DNA from: Candidatus Omnitrophota bacterium | GTDB lineage: Bacteria; Omnitrophota; Gorgyraeia; Zapsychrales; JANLHA01 | Length of the DNA stretch: 64,000 nt | Assembly: GCA_029560465.1 (NCBI GenBank) | Contig: JAKQKX010000045.1 | Location: 152,260 to 216,259 of the forward strand | Direction: 5' to 3' | Part shown: positions 46,233 to 56,216 of the stretch, piece after piece | Layout: each line of letters begins with the position of its first letter | Position numbering within the stretch: the stretch's first letter is position 1 | Translations under genes and position numbers: made by a program | Notes under the pieces: model-generated | The model's database searches: none | What the model saw: the letters and a program-made list of their open reading frames with translations, nothing else | What the model was told of the DNA's origin: nothing

Positions 46233-46580
46233 CTAAGAATAACAGGGCGAGCCGGTTTCCGGGACTTCAAGCCGGCGCCGCTTGATTTCGTTGAACAATC
46301 TGACCCGGAAATAAATCAATTCTTTAAACTTTATGTATTCATTTTTATTAAACCCCGCCGTCCGGCTGAAGGCCGTGCTGGCTTCCAGGTCAACGAGGAC
46401 ATCCACGTAAATTTCCAGCAATTTTTCGTCAGACAAGGCCCGGACCGCCTGTTGGTCAAGGATCGTGACGGAATATAAAAATCCCTGCGCCGCGACCGCG
46501 CTTGAATTTCCAAAAACCAGCGCCATGGCCAAAAGACTGACCCCCGCCAACATCTTTAATCCCGATACGATCTCTTTCAT
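46233..46580 (-). CDS. Hypothetical small secreted protein
   Basis: Signal peptide MKEIVSGLKMLAGVSLLAMALVFGNSSAVAAQ. Nothing else recognised. Confidence 0.4.
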   Translation of the reverse strand: MKEIVSGLKMLAGVSLLAMALVFGNSSAVAAQGFLYSVTILDQQAVRALSDEKLLEIYVDVLVDLEASTAFSRTAGFNKNEYIKFKELIYFRVRLFNEIKRRRLEVPETGSPCYS

Positions 46581-46733
46581 GGATACCCCCCGCGCAAAAA
46601 CCGTTTCAGCATTTTTCTATTTTCTCACCGGTTGCCTGATAAAACAACTTTTTTAAAGATATCTTAGGCCGGGAGAAGTCTGTCCGGGCGATGGAAGATG
46701 TCGGCAGGAGAAGGTTGTCCGCGAGCTCCCCTC

Positions 46734-46916
46734 TCACTTCTTAATACCGCATTTCCTAAAAACCACCATCATCGGGCACCAGTCCGTGAACGCCGATTGA
46801 AAAAGATTGATGCCCACGAAAGCCGTAAACCACAGCCAACGCGTGTCCACATAATGCGCGAGAAGCAAGCTTAAAATGATAACAAACCCGGCTATGCCCC
46901 GCAAGGCTCTTTCCAT
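46734..46916 (-). CDS. DUF2892 (YgaP-like) small membrane protein
   Basis: The pattern R..AG.....L.......W.....GI.L..SAFT.WCP is typical of DUF2892. Confidence 0.45.
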   Translation of the reverse strand: MERALRGIAGFVIILSLLLAHYVDTRWLWFTAFVGINLFQSAFTDWCPMMVVFRKCGIKK

Positions 46917-46963
46917 AGAAACCTCCCCTCTATACCGGCCGAGCCGCCAAAGGCCAGCCCGCC

Positions 46964-48244
46964 TTAAAAACTGTATCGCACCCTCACAAACGCGTTTTTA
47001 TTCTTCGCCATCATCCCAAAATCCGTGATCATATCTTCACCCCACGGGATATTGACCCCGACAACCAGTTTCCACTGATCGGACATATCATACGCGCATG
47101 ACGCCCGGGCATATCCGTCCCTGTCCGAAGGCGACCAGAAATTGAAAAGCCCCAACATCACTGTCTGGTTTTTATAAAGTTTGGTTATCCTCTGGGTCAA
47201 AAGGTGGCGGCGCTCATCCCAGAAATAATCGTACGGAAGAAGCGCGGCCTGGTATTCGGCATAATCGAGCTTCTGCTCATAAAGATACTGCCCCCCGACT
47301 TTAAGGTCATGCCCCAGGTCTTTCTCATAACCCACCATCCCTTTAAACATGGAGTTCTCAACCAGGCGATTGGTCCCGTTGGGGTCTTGGCGCGACCGGT
47401 AATACCCCACTTCCGCGTGGCTTATCCCGCCGGCAAAAGGGCTCCGGACGCTCGCGCCATACGCGTCCAGGCGCTCATAAAAAAGCTGCCGGTTGGCTTC
47501 ATCCAAATAACTCCTCGGCGAAGGGTCAAACCCGCGGTAATAATATAACGCGCCTTCCATGCTGCCGAAAGTCCGGTAGACACGCAGCGCGTATTGCATA
47601 TTCTCCGCCTGCAAAGCCGGTTTAACGGCGTTACGGTCGCTTTCCCTGCCCGCGATCCCTCCCTGAAAACTGTCAAAGAAAGAAAGCCGGTCTCCTTCCG
47701 GCATGGTATTGGGGGTAAAATGGGGGATAACCACAAAATCGATATTGGCTATTTTGGGATAAGCCGAAACGCGCAGGGCATCAGAAGGTTTTTTCAAATA
47801 TTCATCATCCCTGCCGATGTAAAATGAGACGTAATCTTTGGGAAACAAATCATTGATAAAAAGATAATCTCCGGTGCCCCAGGTTAAGACCTGCCGGCCG
47901 GCTTTGATGTCCACGGCGCCGGCCGGGCTAAAAGCGACATGACACTCCCGCACTTCGTAAGAGCCGCTGGCTCCAAAATATTCATCGAGAAGGAAATCGC
48001 CCTTATAAGTCAGCACACCGTTCCAGCGGGACAGCGCGTTCTCCCCCGGGATCCGGTAACGAGTCTTTAACTGCCACCGCTGCTCAAGCATATTATAATT
48101 TTGATGCTTGGTCAGGGAATCACGGCTGACCCTGCCGCCGTACGCTTGCTCGACGAACCCGTGCCATGAAGGAAGATCAACCGCCTGCGCGCAGGCAACG
48201 GTCAAAGAAAAAAACGCCAGGACGGTCAAAAACGCGCGCCGCAT
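46964..48244 (-). CDS. Outer-membrane beta-barrel protein (possibly DUF1302-like), partner of the LolA-like and RND genes
   Basis: Signal peptide, alternating amphipathic strands, and a C-terminal aromatic ...VRVRYSF. Confidence 0.45.
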   Translation of the reverse strand: MRRAFLTVLAFFSLTVACAQAVDLPSWHGFVEQAYGGRVSRDSLTKHQNYNMLEQRWQLKTRYRIPGENALSRWNGVLTYKGDFLLDEYFGASGSYEVRECHVAFSPAGAVDIKAGRQVLTWGTGDYLFINDLFPKDYVSFYIGRDDEYLKKPSDALRVSAYPKIANIDFVVIPHFTPNTMPEGDRLSFFDSFQGGIAGRESDRNAVKPALQAENMQYALRVYRTFGSMEGALYYYRGFDPSPRSYLDEANRQLFYERLDAYGASVRSPFAGGISHAEVGYYRSRQDPNGTNRLVENSMFKGMVGYEKDLGHDLKVGGQYLYEQKLDYAEYQAALLPYDYFWDERRHLLTQRITKLYKNQTVMLGLFNFWSPSDRDGYARASCAYDMSDQWKLVVGVNIPWGEDMITDFGMMAKNKNAFVRVRYSF

Positions 48245-48248
48245 CCCG

Positions 48249-49037
48249 TCACTCCTTCAGCCACTGCTGCGGCGGGTTGCGCAGGAAACGCTCGGTGAAG
48301 ATATCATCCGTTAGCCCCACATCGTAAGCCACCTCGCTGAATTCCGTGATGGTATGAGAATTGGCGTTCAAATCCGCAGCCTTCATCTTGGTGACTGTCG
48401 GGTAACCCTGAATATCTTTGACCTCAAGGGCCTCGATCGTGCGGTACAATTTCCCGGATTTATCGTAATACTCCGCCATCATAGGGACAAAATTATTCTT
48501 GTCTATTTTCATCATGTAATAAGAAAACTCGACGGACGCGGCATCCTTAGGGACATTCTTGATAATGTAGTGCGCGGCATCGCTGGCGGACAATTCGTGA
48601 GTATCCAAGTCCATGGAACGCCCGGATATGTCCTCGTATAAGAATGTCGTCCCCGCGAAGCTCGAGCGCTTGTCGGAGGCGGCGATCCGGCGCACCAGAT
48701 CCATGGCCGGCAGATACAGCCAGCGGTCGTCATCCTTGCCGCCGGCATGCTTCCAGACGATATAGCTCATGCCTTTAACGTCATTGGGCTTATGGAAATA
48801 AACAAAATACTTCTGATCGCCGCCCTCCTGGATATTCAGTTTTAATATGGTCAGCTGGCGCTGCCGGGTGCGGCCCTGGGCGTCGGTCACCACCATCGTG
48901 GCCTTGGCGTTGCCGTCCTTCCCTTGATAATACGAGCGGTTATTCGCCTTAGCGACAATCTCATCAACGGTCAGATCCTGGGCCCACGCCGCGCTCACCC
49001 CAAAAAACATGACCAACAGGACAAAAAATTTTTTCAT
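48249..49037 (-). CDS. LolA-like / DUF1329-type outer-membrane lipoprotein-sorting-like protein. The start was moved to MKKFF at 49037, which has a GGAGG RBS.
   Basis: Signal peptide MKKFFVLLVMFFGVSAAWA. It sits in the conserved triad with an OMP and an RND/MMPL exporter. Confidence 0.5.
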   Translation of the reverse strand: MKKFFVLLVMFFGVSAAWAQDLTVDEIVAKANNRSYYQGKDGNAKATMVVTDAQGRTRQRQLTILKLNIQEGGDQKYFVYFHKPNDVKGMSYIVWKHAGGKDDDRWLYLPAMDLVRRIAASDKRSSFAGTTFLYEDISGRSMDLDTHELSASDAAHYIIKNVPKDAASVEFSYYMMKIDKNNFVPMMAEYYDKSGKLYRTIEALEVKDIQGYPTVTKMKAADLNANSHTITEFSEVAYDVGLTDDIFTERFLRNPPQQWLKE

Positions 49038-49152
49038 ATCCCCTCCCATGTTAAAAGTCAATAATCCTACTCTCCTCGTCATTTCAAAAGCCGGCCCATC
49101 TACCCCCCGATCCACCCGCACAAGAACACCCTCCCGTCCGATACGCCTGGGA

Positions 49153-51657
49153 TCATTTCCGGCACATTTTCTGCCGCGAAACAACCGAACAGACGCCGGA
49201 TAAAACCACGACAATAGCCACGCAAACGATTGTCGTTGTGTTCAGCCTGGCCAGTTCATATCCTAAAAGGACATACGCTACCGTGCAGGCGATAATGCCC
49301 GACATCAAGACGCAGTTCCGGCAGGAGCACACGGCTTTCACTTTCTTGTCTTCAAACACAAGCCACGGGAAACCGGTCACAAGCGCCGGCAATGTCATCA
49401 GCGTGATGACACTGGCGGCGAGCATGATCATAAACATAAAAAATCCCACGGTATTATAGGGGACCAGCGGCGAAGCAAAAAGGGGCAGGAACCCGATCGA
49501 GATCACCATCGCGTTTTTGATCAACGCCCTCGCCGGTGAGCCGAACATCCCTTCGGCCGTCTTAGGCCAGCTCTTATTGTCCGCGTAAAATGCGCGCGCG
49601 CGCTCAATGAAGTGGATGGCGAAATCAACGGCCAAACCCAAAGTCAACGCGGAAAGCACCGCCACGGGCATGTCATACTCCTTCCCCGTGTAACCAAGCA
49701 AACTGTAAATGAAAAGAATGGTGATCGTCAAGGGAAGCATCGACACGAGACCGGTCACGGGAGATTTAAAAAGCACGGTCATCATAAAAAGGACGATCAG
49801 GAAACTCCCCAAAAAGTTCACCAGCATGCCCACGACCATCTTGTCCTGCCATACCATGTTGATATACGTCAAGCCGGCCCAGTTGTAGGTCACGGGGAAC
49901 GGCGCCGGGTGGTTTTGAACGTATTCCTCAACCTGCTTCACCACGGCCGCCATCTGTTTATTGTCGCCGGACGTCAGCTGGAGCCACACATTGACCTTGG
50001 AATAATCGGGCACAACGAAATGCCAGAGGTCATCGGGCTTATGCGAATTCTCGAACGAAATCAGCGTCTGCGCCACGGCTGGAGCCGTCGGGGGGATGAC
50101 ATTGTTCTTTTTATCGCCCCCCAACAGTTCATAATAAACCTTCTTCGTGATGTCCGCCAAAGAGGTTGACTTGCCGACCGTCCCTTTGTCCTGCAGGTGC
50201 TGCTGCAGCCCTTCGATATAACGCAACATCGCCGGTTCCTGGAAGACCTGGGCCTCTTTGTCTTCCGCTTCCATGACCAGGTACACGCTGTAAACCCCGC
50301 CGAAATGCTCATTGAGCACCTTGTCCGCCACCCGGATGGGATGCTTCTTGTTAAACCATTTGGTCGGATTATCATTGATTTCAATATGCGTCATTCCATA
50401 AATAGAAAGGGCCACAACGGCCCCCGAACACCACAAAACCTGTTTCCAGTGTCTGACCGTAAATTTCCCCCACGCCGCAAGGGCGCGGCTTAAGATCCCT
50501 TGCTCAAGGTCATCCTCATGCACCCCGAAATTGCCCATCTTCCTTTCATCAAGAAGAGCGATATAAGCCGGGATCAACAGGACGGTGAGGACCCAGGCCA
50601 GCACGACGCCAAAGGCCACCGCGATCCCGAAAACCTGGACCGGCGGGATCGGGGCAAAAGACAGCGAAAAGAAGCCGGCCGCCGTTGTTAAGGTGGTAAA
50701 AAGATTCGGGCGGTACAGCTCATTCAACACATAAGTAATGGTTTTTTTCTTGTCTTTAAAAGTGCGGTATTTCTCAAAAAATTCATTTAAAATATGGATA
50801 GAATCAAGCACGGAAATCGGCAGGAGGAAAATAGGGATCATGGAGCTCATAATATGGATCGGGAAGCCCAGCCAGACCAAAACGCCCATAGTGATGATCA
50901 CCACGACGACAGCCATGACGAGCGGCATGAGCACCAGGGCCACATGCTTGAAGAACCACCACATCAGGATGAAAATAACCAAAACGGCCAGCGGCGCCGA
51001 GAGCCCCATCTGCCAAAACATCTCAACGCCAAACGCGTCCTCCGCCAAGGGTAGGCCCGTCAGGTGATACTGCTCCACTCCAGGATATTCCTTTAGGATC
51101 TTCTGGATATCCTTGGCGACGCGGTAACTCATGTTCTTCTCTTCAATGGGGACATAAACACACAGCGCCTTCCCGTCGCGGGAAATGAGCGTGTCGTAAA
51201 ACATCGGATTTTCCAAAGCGCGCATTTTGATACGACGGGCTTCCGCCGCGCTGTACGGAGGCGGGCCCATCAGCCAGCGGAAACTGATGGCCCCCGGCCC
51301 GGCCTGTTCCATATCGTCCTTATTGGCGAGGCTCATTAATTCATAGGCAATGACACCGTCAATCTTTTTGATCTCATCCGTGATCCGGTAAACCTTCTCT
51401 AACGTCACCGGATTAAAAACCCCGTCCGGATCCTTTTCATTGACTACCCCGAGGACAACATAGTCATAAATCGTAAATTCCTTTTTAACCTCATGGTTAA
51501 AGACGCGGACAAACTCTTGCTCCGGGAGCATGTTCTCGGGGTCGGTATCCACTTTAACCCGGGCAAACGCTGCCAAAGAAACCAGCACCGCGAACGCGGT
51601 GACAATAAAAACCGTCTTGGGCTTCTTAAGGGCATAGGCAATAAGTTTATTAACCAT
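49153..51657 (-). CDS. RND-superfamily exporter of the MMPL/HpnN type (COG1033)
   Basis: 834 aa with two 6-TM bundles separated by large periplasmic loops. It has the MMPL family pattern. Confidence 0.75.
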   Translation of the reverse strand: MVNKLIAYALKKPKTVFIVTAFAVLVSLAAFARVKVDTDPENMLPEQEFVRVFNHEVKKEFTIYDYVVLGVVNEKDPDGVFNPVTLEKVYRITDEIKKIDGVIAYELMSLANKDDMEQAGPGAISFRWLMGPPPYSAAEARRIKMRALENPMFYDTLISRDGKALCVYVPIEEKNMSYRVAKDIQKILKEYPGVEQYHLTGLPLAEDAFGVEMFWQMGLSAPLAVLVIFILMWWFFKHVALVLMPLVMAVVVVIITMGVLVWLGFPIHIMSSMIPIFLLPISVLDSIHILNEFFEKYRTFKDKKKTITYVLNELYRPNLFTTLTTAAGFFSLSFAPIPPVQVFGIAVAFGVVLAWVLTVLLIPAYIALLDERKMGNFGVHEDDLEQGILSRALAAWGKFTVRHWKQVLWCSGAVVALSIYGMTHIEINDNPTKWFNKKHPIRVADKVLNEHFGGVYSVYLVMEAEDKEAQVFQEPAMLRYIEGLQQHLQDKGTVGKSTSLADITKKVYYELLGGDKKNNVIPPTAPAVAQTLISFENSHKPDDLWHFVVPDYSKVNVWLQLTSGDNKQMAAVVKQVEEYVQNHPAPFPVTYNWAGLTYINMVWQDKMVVGMLVNFLGSFLIVLFMMTVLFKSPVTGLVSMLPLTITILFIYSLLGYTGKEYDMPVAVLSALTLGLAVDFAIHFIERARAFYADNKSWPKTAEGMFGSPARALIKNAMVISIGFLPLFASPLVPYNTVGFFMFMIMLAASVITLMTLPALVTGFPWLVFEDKKVKAVCSCRNCVLMSGIIACTVAYVLLGYELARLNTTTIVCVAIVVVLSGVCSVVSRQKMCRK

Positions 51658-51687
51658 CCCATCCTCCTCTGAAAAAGAGTTAAAAAT

Positions 51688-52059
51688 TTATTTCCGTGCC
51701 GCGCGCCGTTCTGGGGTCTCAACCTTCAAAACCGCGTACGCCCCCCCTCCGATCCGAAGCGGCTTCCCGCAAAGAATCGCTTCCGCTGTTTTTCTGCGGG
51801 CAGATCTGATAATATTTCCGAAAGTCTGTCGGGACACCCTCATTTTTTTCGCCGCGTCAGCCTGATAGAGCCCCTGCCGGTCGGCAAAACACAGCGCCTC
51901 GCATTCATCAACCGTCAAAAGGACTTCTCCGCCTGAAACCAACGGCCCCCCCCGGGGCCTGAAATAGCGCACCTTGGGCTCTTCTCGAACACACCGGCAC
52001 TTTCTCGGCCGGCCGCGGGTTGTCTTGTTCTTTACTGGCATATGCCAATAATATGCCAC
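51688..52059 (-). CDS. DUF134 / UPF0251 putative DNA-binding protein
   Basis: RGRPRKCRCV...P....F.P.G........V.LT.DE.EA....D..GL.Q..AA..M.VSRQTF..I matches the DUF134 consensus. Confidence 0.5.
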   Translation of the reverse strand: MAYYWHMPVKNKTTRGRPRKCRCVREEPKVRYFRPRGGPLVSGGEVLLTVDECEALCFADRQGLYQADAAKKMRVSRQTFGNIIRSARRKTAEAILCGKPLRIGGGAYAVLKVETPERRAARK

Positions 52060-52254
52060 ACGTCTTTTTTTGTCAAGCGATTATTTATGCCCCCTTCATC
52101 CCCTTCGAGGGAGCCTGAGAAAAATTGGAAACGATCAAAAACCTGACGTTCTGCGGGCAAGAAGTTGGACGGCTATATTGATACTTTTGATCCTAACAGG
52201 GATGCGCTAAGAAGCCTGACGGCCGGATCTTCAATCATCGGATCTTCGGGTTTC

Positions 52255-54183
52255 TTAAAATTTTACGGTCAGTTTAGTATATATCGCCCTGCCTGACTGC
52301 TGTGGAAGTGTCGTTATCATGGTCTTCCTGTTAAACTCGACAAAATCATATTCCTGATCCAACAGATTCTGAACATACACATTCCATTCGAGATCTGCCT
52401 TCACCGGCAATTTATAGGTCATGTTGAAATCAACAAGGTCTACGGTATGGGCACTCGGATTATGGACCGCCGCGCTGTTTGCCCGCGGTTCAGAAAAAAT
52501 CGAGTTAAATAAACCGACATTCAAACCAAAATCCGTCATATAAGACAATCCGAATTTAACCATCAAATCCGGAGAATACATAAGATTGTCTTTCTCATCC
52601 TTATACATAAATGAGCCTAAAGCATATAAATTATCGGCTATATTGACTTTCCCTTCCAATTCGACGCCTTCGATCTCATATCCCCCGCCGTTGGAATAGC
52701 TGGCAGGAAGCGCGGTGGTCCGGGTTATGATATCCGTATATCGGCTTCTAAAGAAAGTGATGCTGGCGTCCACTTTCTGGGCGGTATAAAACAATTGCCA
52801 ATCAACAGTGGCAATTTGTTCCGGTTTCAAGCTGGGATTCCCGACCAAAGAAGAAATGGCCATGTATTGTTCAGCCGGGTACGGGGCCCGATAAGCTTCG
52901 CCATATAAAAGCTTAGTACCAAACTTTTTATCAAAATTATATATCCCACCGACACGGACGATAAATTTACCATCAATGCGGTAAGGTTTTACAAATTGCG
53001 TGCCAGCAATTAATTTCAATTTTTCTAAAGGCTTATAATCCACCTGGGTGTAACCGGTGTAATTCCTCTGAAAGTACGTGTCCGAGAAACTTGACCCGCT
53101 CTCCACTTTTGTTAATGTCCGGTCTTCCACCAACCCCCCGGCGATCAAGTTGACTTTTTCAAACAGCGTCCCCTGGGCGTACGCTTCATAAATCCAATCC
53201 AGGAAATCCTCATTATTTTCAATATTGGTATACGTGCTCCAGGGGTTCGCATTCATCGTCAAGTTCGTGTGCACGGCCCAGTCGTCGGAAATCTTGTGGG
53301 CTAATTCCAAATCATTAAAATATTTTCTGCCGATGGTTTTCCCTGCATGCGTCCAATTCGGCACAATTCCGAAATGTGAAACGCTATAATCACTATAAAA
53401 ACTGTTAAGGATAATATCGGTTTTCCCTTCATTGAAATTATATGAATAGTTACCGAAAACCCCAAAGTTCTCCTCGCTATAATTTGTCGAATTGCTCGCC
53501 CCTGTCAGGTCTTTGGCTTCAAACTTCCAGCCTTTTTCATCAAAATACATGAGCGCGGTGTTCAGCGAAATGTTCTGTTTGTCATACAGCAGATTGACTG
53601 TTTCTCTGGCCGCGCCAAATGACCCGACTCCGGTGCTGGCGGAGAACTCGGTATCCTCTTTGATCTTTTTGGTCACGATATTAATGACGCCGTCGAAGGC
53701 GTTGGTTCCGTAAAGCACCGAGCCCGGGCCGCGGATCACCTCAACACGTTCGATAATATCAATCGGAAAATTCGTGTAGACAGCGAAATTAATTCCGCCC
53801 ATCATCCCGTCCCGTACCGGCCGCCCGTTGATCAATAACAGCACGCGGGTATCTAAATGCTGATCAAGGTCCCCTCTCATGGACGTAAGATTCTGTATCC
53901 AGAGATTTGAACTTAGCATTTGAATACTCGGCGCCCGCTGCAGGATATCAAACAAGGTGTTGGCGCCAAAGTCTTTAATCTCTTTTTCCGTGATTACAGT
54001 CACGACGGCCGGGGAATCTTTAACGGCTTCTTCGCGTTTTGAGGCGCCGACAACGACATTTAAAAGTTCTTCCAAAGATAACTCCAACAGTCCTTCCTGA
54101 GAATGCGCAATGTGCGGCATCATAAACAAAGCCAGCATAAAAACGCATAAAATGCGGTCAATCATCCTGACTCTCATCAACAT
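52255..54183 (-). CDS. TonB-dependent outer-membrane receptor
   Basis: Signal peptide, plug domain motifs (VVTVITEKEI, IEVIRGPGSVLYG), a 22-strand barrel length, and a C-terminal ...YTKLTVKF. Confidence 0.75.
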   Translation of the reverse strand: MLMRVRMIDRILCVFMLALFMMPHIAHSQEGLLELSLEELLNVVVGASKREEAVKDSPAVVTVITEKEIKDFGANTLFDILQRAPSIQMLSSNLWIQNLTSMRGDLDQHLDTRVLLLINGRPVRDGMMGGINFAVYTNFPIDIIERVEVIRGPGSVLYGTNAFDGVINIVTKKIKEDTEFSASTGVGSFGAARETVNLLYDKQNISLNTALMYFDEKGWKFEAKDLTGASNSTNYSEENFGVFGNYSYNFNEGKTDIILNSFYSDYSVSHFGIVPNWTHAGKTIGRKYFNDLELAHKISDDWAVHTNLTMNANPWSTYTNIENNEDFLDWIYEAYAQGTLFEKVNLIAGGLVEDRTLTKVESGSSFSDTYFQRNYTGYTQVDYKPLEKLKLIAGTQFVKPYRIDGKFIVRVGGIYNFDKKFGTKLLYGEAYRAPYPAEQYMAISSLVGNPSLKPEQIATVDWQLFYTAQKVDASITFFRSRYTDIITRTTALPASYSNGGGYEIEGVELEGKVNIADNLYALGSFMYKDEKDNLMYSPDLMVKFGLSYMTDFGLNVGLFNSIFSEPRANSAAVHNPSAHTVDLVDFNMTYKLPVKADLEWNVYVQNLLDQEYDFVEFNRKTMITTLPQQSGRAIYTKLTVKF

Positions 54184-54361
54184 CCCCTCTCCTGTCTGGT
54201 TAAACTAAAAATATAAATATCGGGATCAAACGCCTTTTGCAAAATCGGCCCCAGCGTAATGTGATTATTCTATACTCCTAGAAGGCCACACGCACACTTT
54301 TTTGTTTAAATTTTAAAAGAAACCACCTGTCTCTGTACCCATTGACATCACCTCCCACCCC

Positions 54362-55126
54362 ATGTTAGAATCCGTCATGATCAGGGACCTTTATCCGGCC
54401 CTGCTTGACCTTCTGTTCCCCCCTATTTGTATCCTCTGCCGAAGACCTCTTTCCTCATCAAGCAGACCATTTCAATTATGCGACGGCTGTCAGGCCCGCG
54501 TGTTGCCGAACCGGCCTCCCTTTTGTAATTTATGTTCCTGCCCGGTGACAGAAGAAACCGGCCCGCTCTGCCCCAGGTGCCGGCGGACCTCTTACCACTT
54601 TGACCAGGTCTGGGCGTGCGCCCCGTATCATGGCGCCATGAAAGACCTCCTCCACCTGTTCAAATACCGCCAAAAAACTGCCTTACGGTTTTTTTTCGCG
54701 AACCGGATGGCGGCTTTTCTGAAAACGCACGGCATCTCCTTGTCGGCGTTTGATGTCATTCTTCCTGTCCCGCTTCATTCCGCCCGGCTGCGGGAACGCG
54801 GGTATAATCAGTCGGCGCTCCTCGCTCAAGAGCTTTGCCGTCAGGGACAGCGGCCCCTGACGGCCCCCCTTCTCCAACGCGTCCGTAACACGAAGAGTCA
54901 AACCACGTTAAGACAAAAAGAACGCTGGACAAATATTCAGAGCGCCTTTACAATAAAATATCCATTGGCCTTTAAACATAAAAACGTACTGATTGTCGAC
55001 GACCTGTTCACGACCGGAGCCACGACTTCAGAAGCCGCCCGCGTCCTCAAGCAGGCCGGGGCCCGACGGGTCGTTGTCTTGACGTTGGCCATCGCTATTC
55101 AACCAAGCACCGGTTCCTCCGCATGA
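54362..55126 (+). CDS. comF: ComF-family protein (double zinc ribbon plus phosphoribosyltransferase domain)
   Basis: Cys pairs CILCRR...CDGCQ...CNLCSC...CPRCRR and the PRTase motif VLIVDDLFTTGAT. Confidence 0.75.
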   Translation: MLESVMIRDLYPALLDLLFPPICILCRRPLSSSSRPFQLCDGCQARVLPNRPPFCNLCSCPVTEETGPLCPRCRRTSYHFDQVWACAPYHGAMKDLLHLFKYRQKTALRFFFANRMAAFLKTHGISLSAFDVILPVPLHSARLRERGYNQSALLAQELCRQGQRPLTAPLLQRVRNTKSQTTLRQKERWTNIQSAFTIKYPLAFKHKNVLIVDDLFTTGATTSEAARVLKQAGARRVVVLTLAIAIQPSTGSSA

Positions 55127-56214
55127 GAATTATAAGAAACTATGTCCTGCAAGAATGCATCGTGCCCTTTTTCCTCGCCTTAGGGGTGCTCACGTGTGTT
55201 TTTCTCTTGGGAAACCTGATTCAATTGGCCCACATGGTCATCAACAAAGGCGTGAGCCTCATCACGGTCAGCCAGGTTTTCCTCCTGTACATCCCGGTCC
55301 TCTTGGGATACACCTTACCCATCGCCTGCCTGGTCGCGGTGATCCTGGGGTTCAGCCGTTTATCTGCAGACAATGAAATTCTGGCCATGCGGGCCAGCGG
55401 CATCCTTTTGCGGCGGCTGTTCATCCCCCTGTGCGTGGTCGGCGTCATCCTCTCCCTGCTGATGTTCATCCTGAATAACCGGGTCATCCCTTACGCCCAC
55501 CATGAACAGCGCAAACTTCTGAAAGACCTTGGGACGAAAAATCCGACCGCCCTGCTGGAACCCGGTGTTTTTATCCACGCCTTTGACGGCCAAATCCTTT
55601 TCATCCACCGGGTCGAAGACAACCGCATGTACAACATCACCATCTATCAGCCGCAGCCGGACGGCAAGCCGACCCGGACGATCATCGCCAGCCGCGGGGA
55701 ATTCTCCCGCGTCCCCGAAAAAAAACAGATTATCCTCAAATTGATCAACGGCACGTCTGATGAACCGGACCTGAAAAACCCGAATAATTTCTACAAGCTG
55801 AACTTCAACACGCTGTTCGTCACCCTGGACACGGCCCAGGCCGAAGAAAAAATCGACAAAAAACCCAAGAGCATGACGCTGCGGGAACTCAAGTCAGAAG
55901 GCCGCCGCCTGCAGCAGCTTCTCGTCGATACCTCCCGGTTGGAGACCGAGTATTACCGCAAAATCACCTGGTCCTTTTCCCCGCTGGTGTTCGTCACCCT
56001 GGGGTTCCCCCTGGCGGTCATCACCAACAAACGGGAAAAGTCCGCCAATGTCATCATCGCGATCATCGCTGCCGCGGTTTATTATTTGATCACCCTGGGC
56101 TGTGAAGCCCTGAGCATCGAGCAAATCGTTCCCGCCGCGATCATCATGTGGGTCCCCAATATTATCAGCGGCGCGGCAACGCTGTTTCTCAACTACCGGC
56201 TGACCCGGTTTTAA
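55123..56214 (+). CDS. lptF: LPS export ABC permease LptF/LptG (YjgP/YjgQ family)
   Basis: 6-TM protein with a periplasmic beta-jellyroll insert. It is paired with a second paralog immediately downstream. Confidence 0.75.
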   Translation: MRIIRNYVLQECIVPFFLALGVLTCVFLLGNLIQLAHMVINKGVSLITVSQVFLLYIPVLLGYTLPIACLVAVILGFSRLSADNEILAMRASGILLRRLFIPLCVVGVILSLLMFILNNRVIPYAHHEQRKLLKDLGTKNPTALLEPGVFIHAFDGQILFIHRVEDNRMYNITIYQPQPDGKPTRTIIASRGEFSRVPEKKQIILKLINGTSDEPDLKNPNNFYKLNFNTLFVTLDTAQAEEKIDKKPKSMTLRELKSEGRRLQQLLVDTSRLETEYYRKITWSFSPLVFVTLGFPLAVITNKREKSANVIIAIIAAAVYYLITLGCEALSIEQIVPAAIIMWVPNIISGAATLFLNYRLTRF

Positions 56215-56216
56215 CT

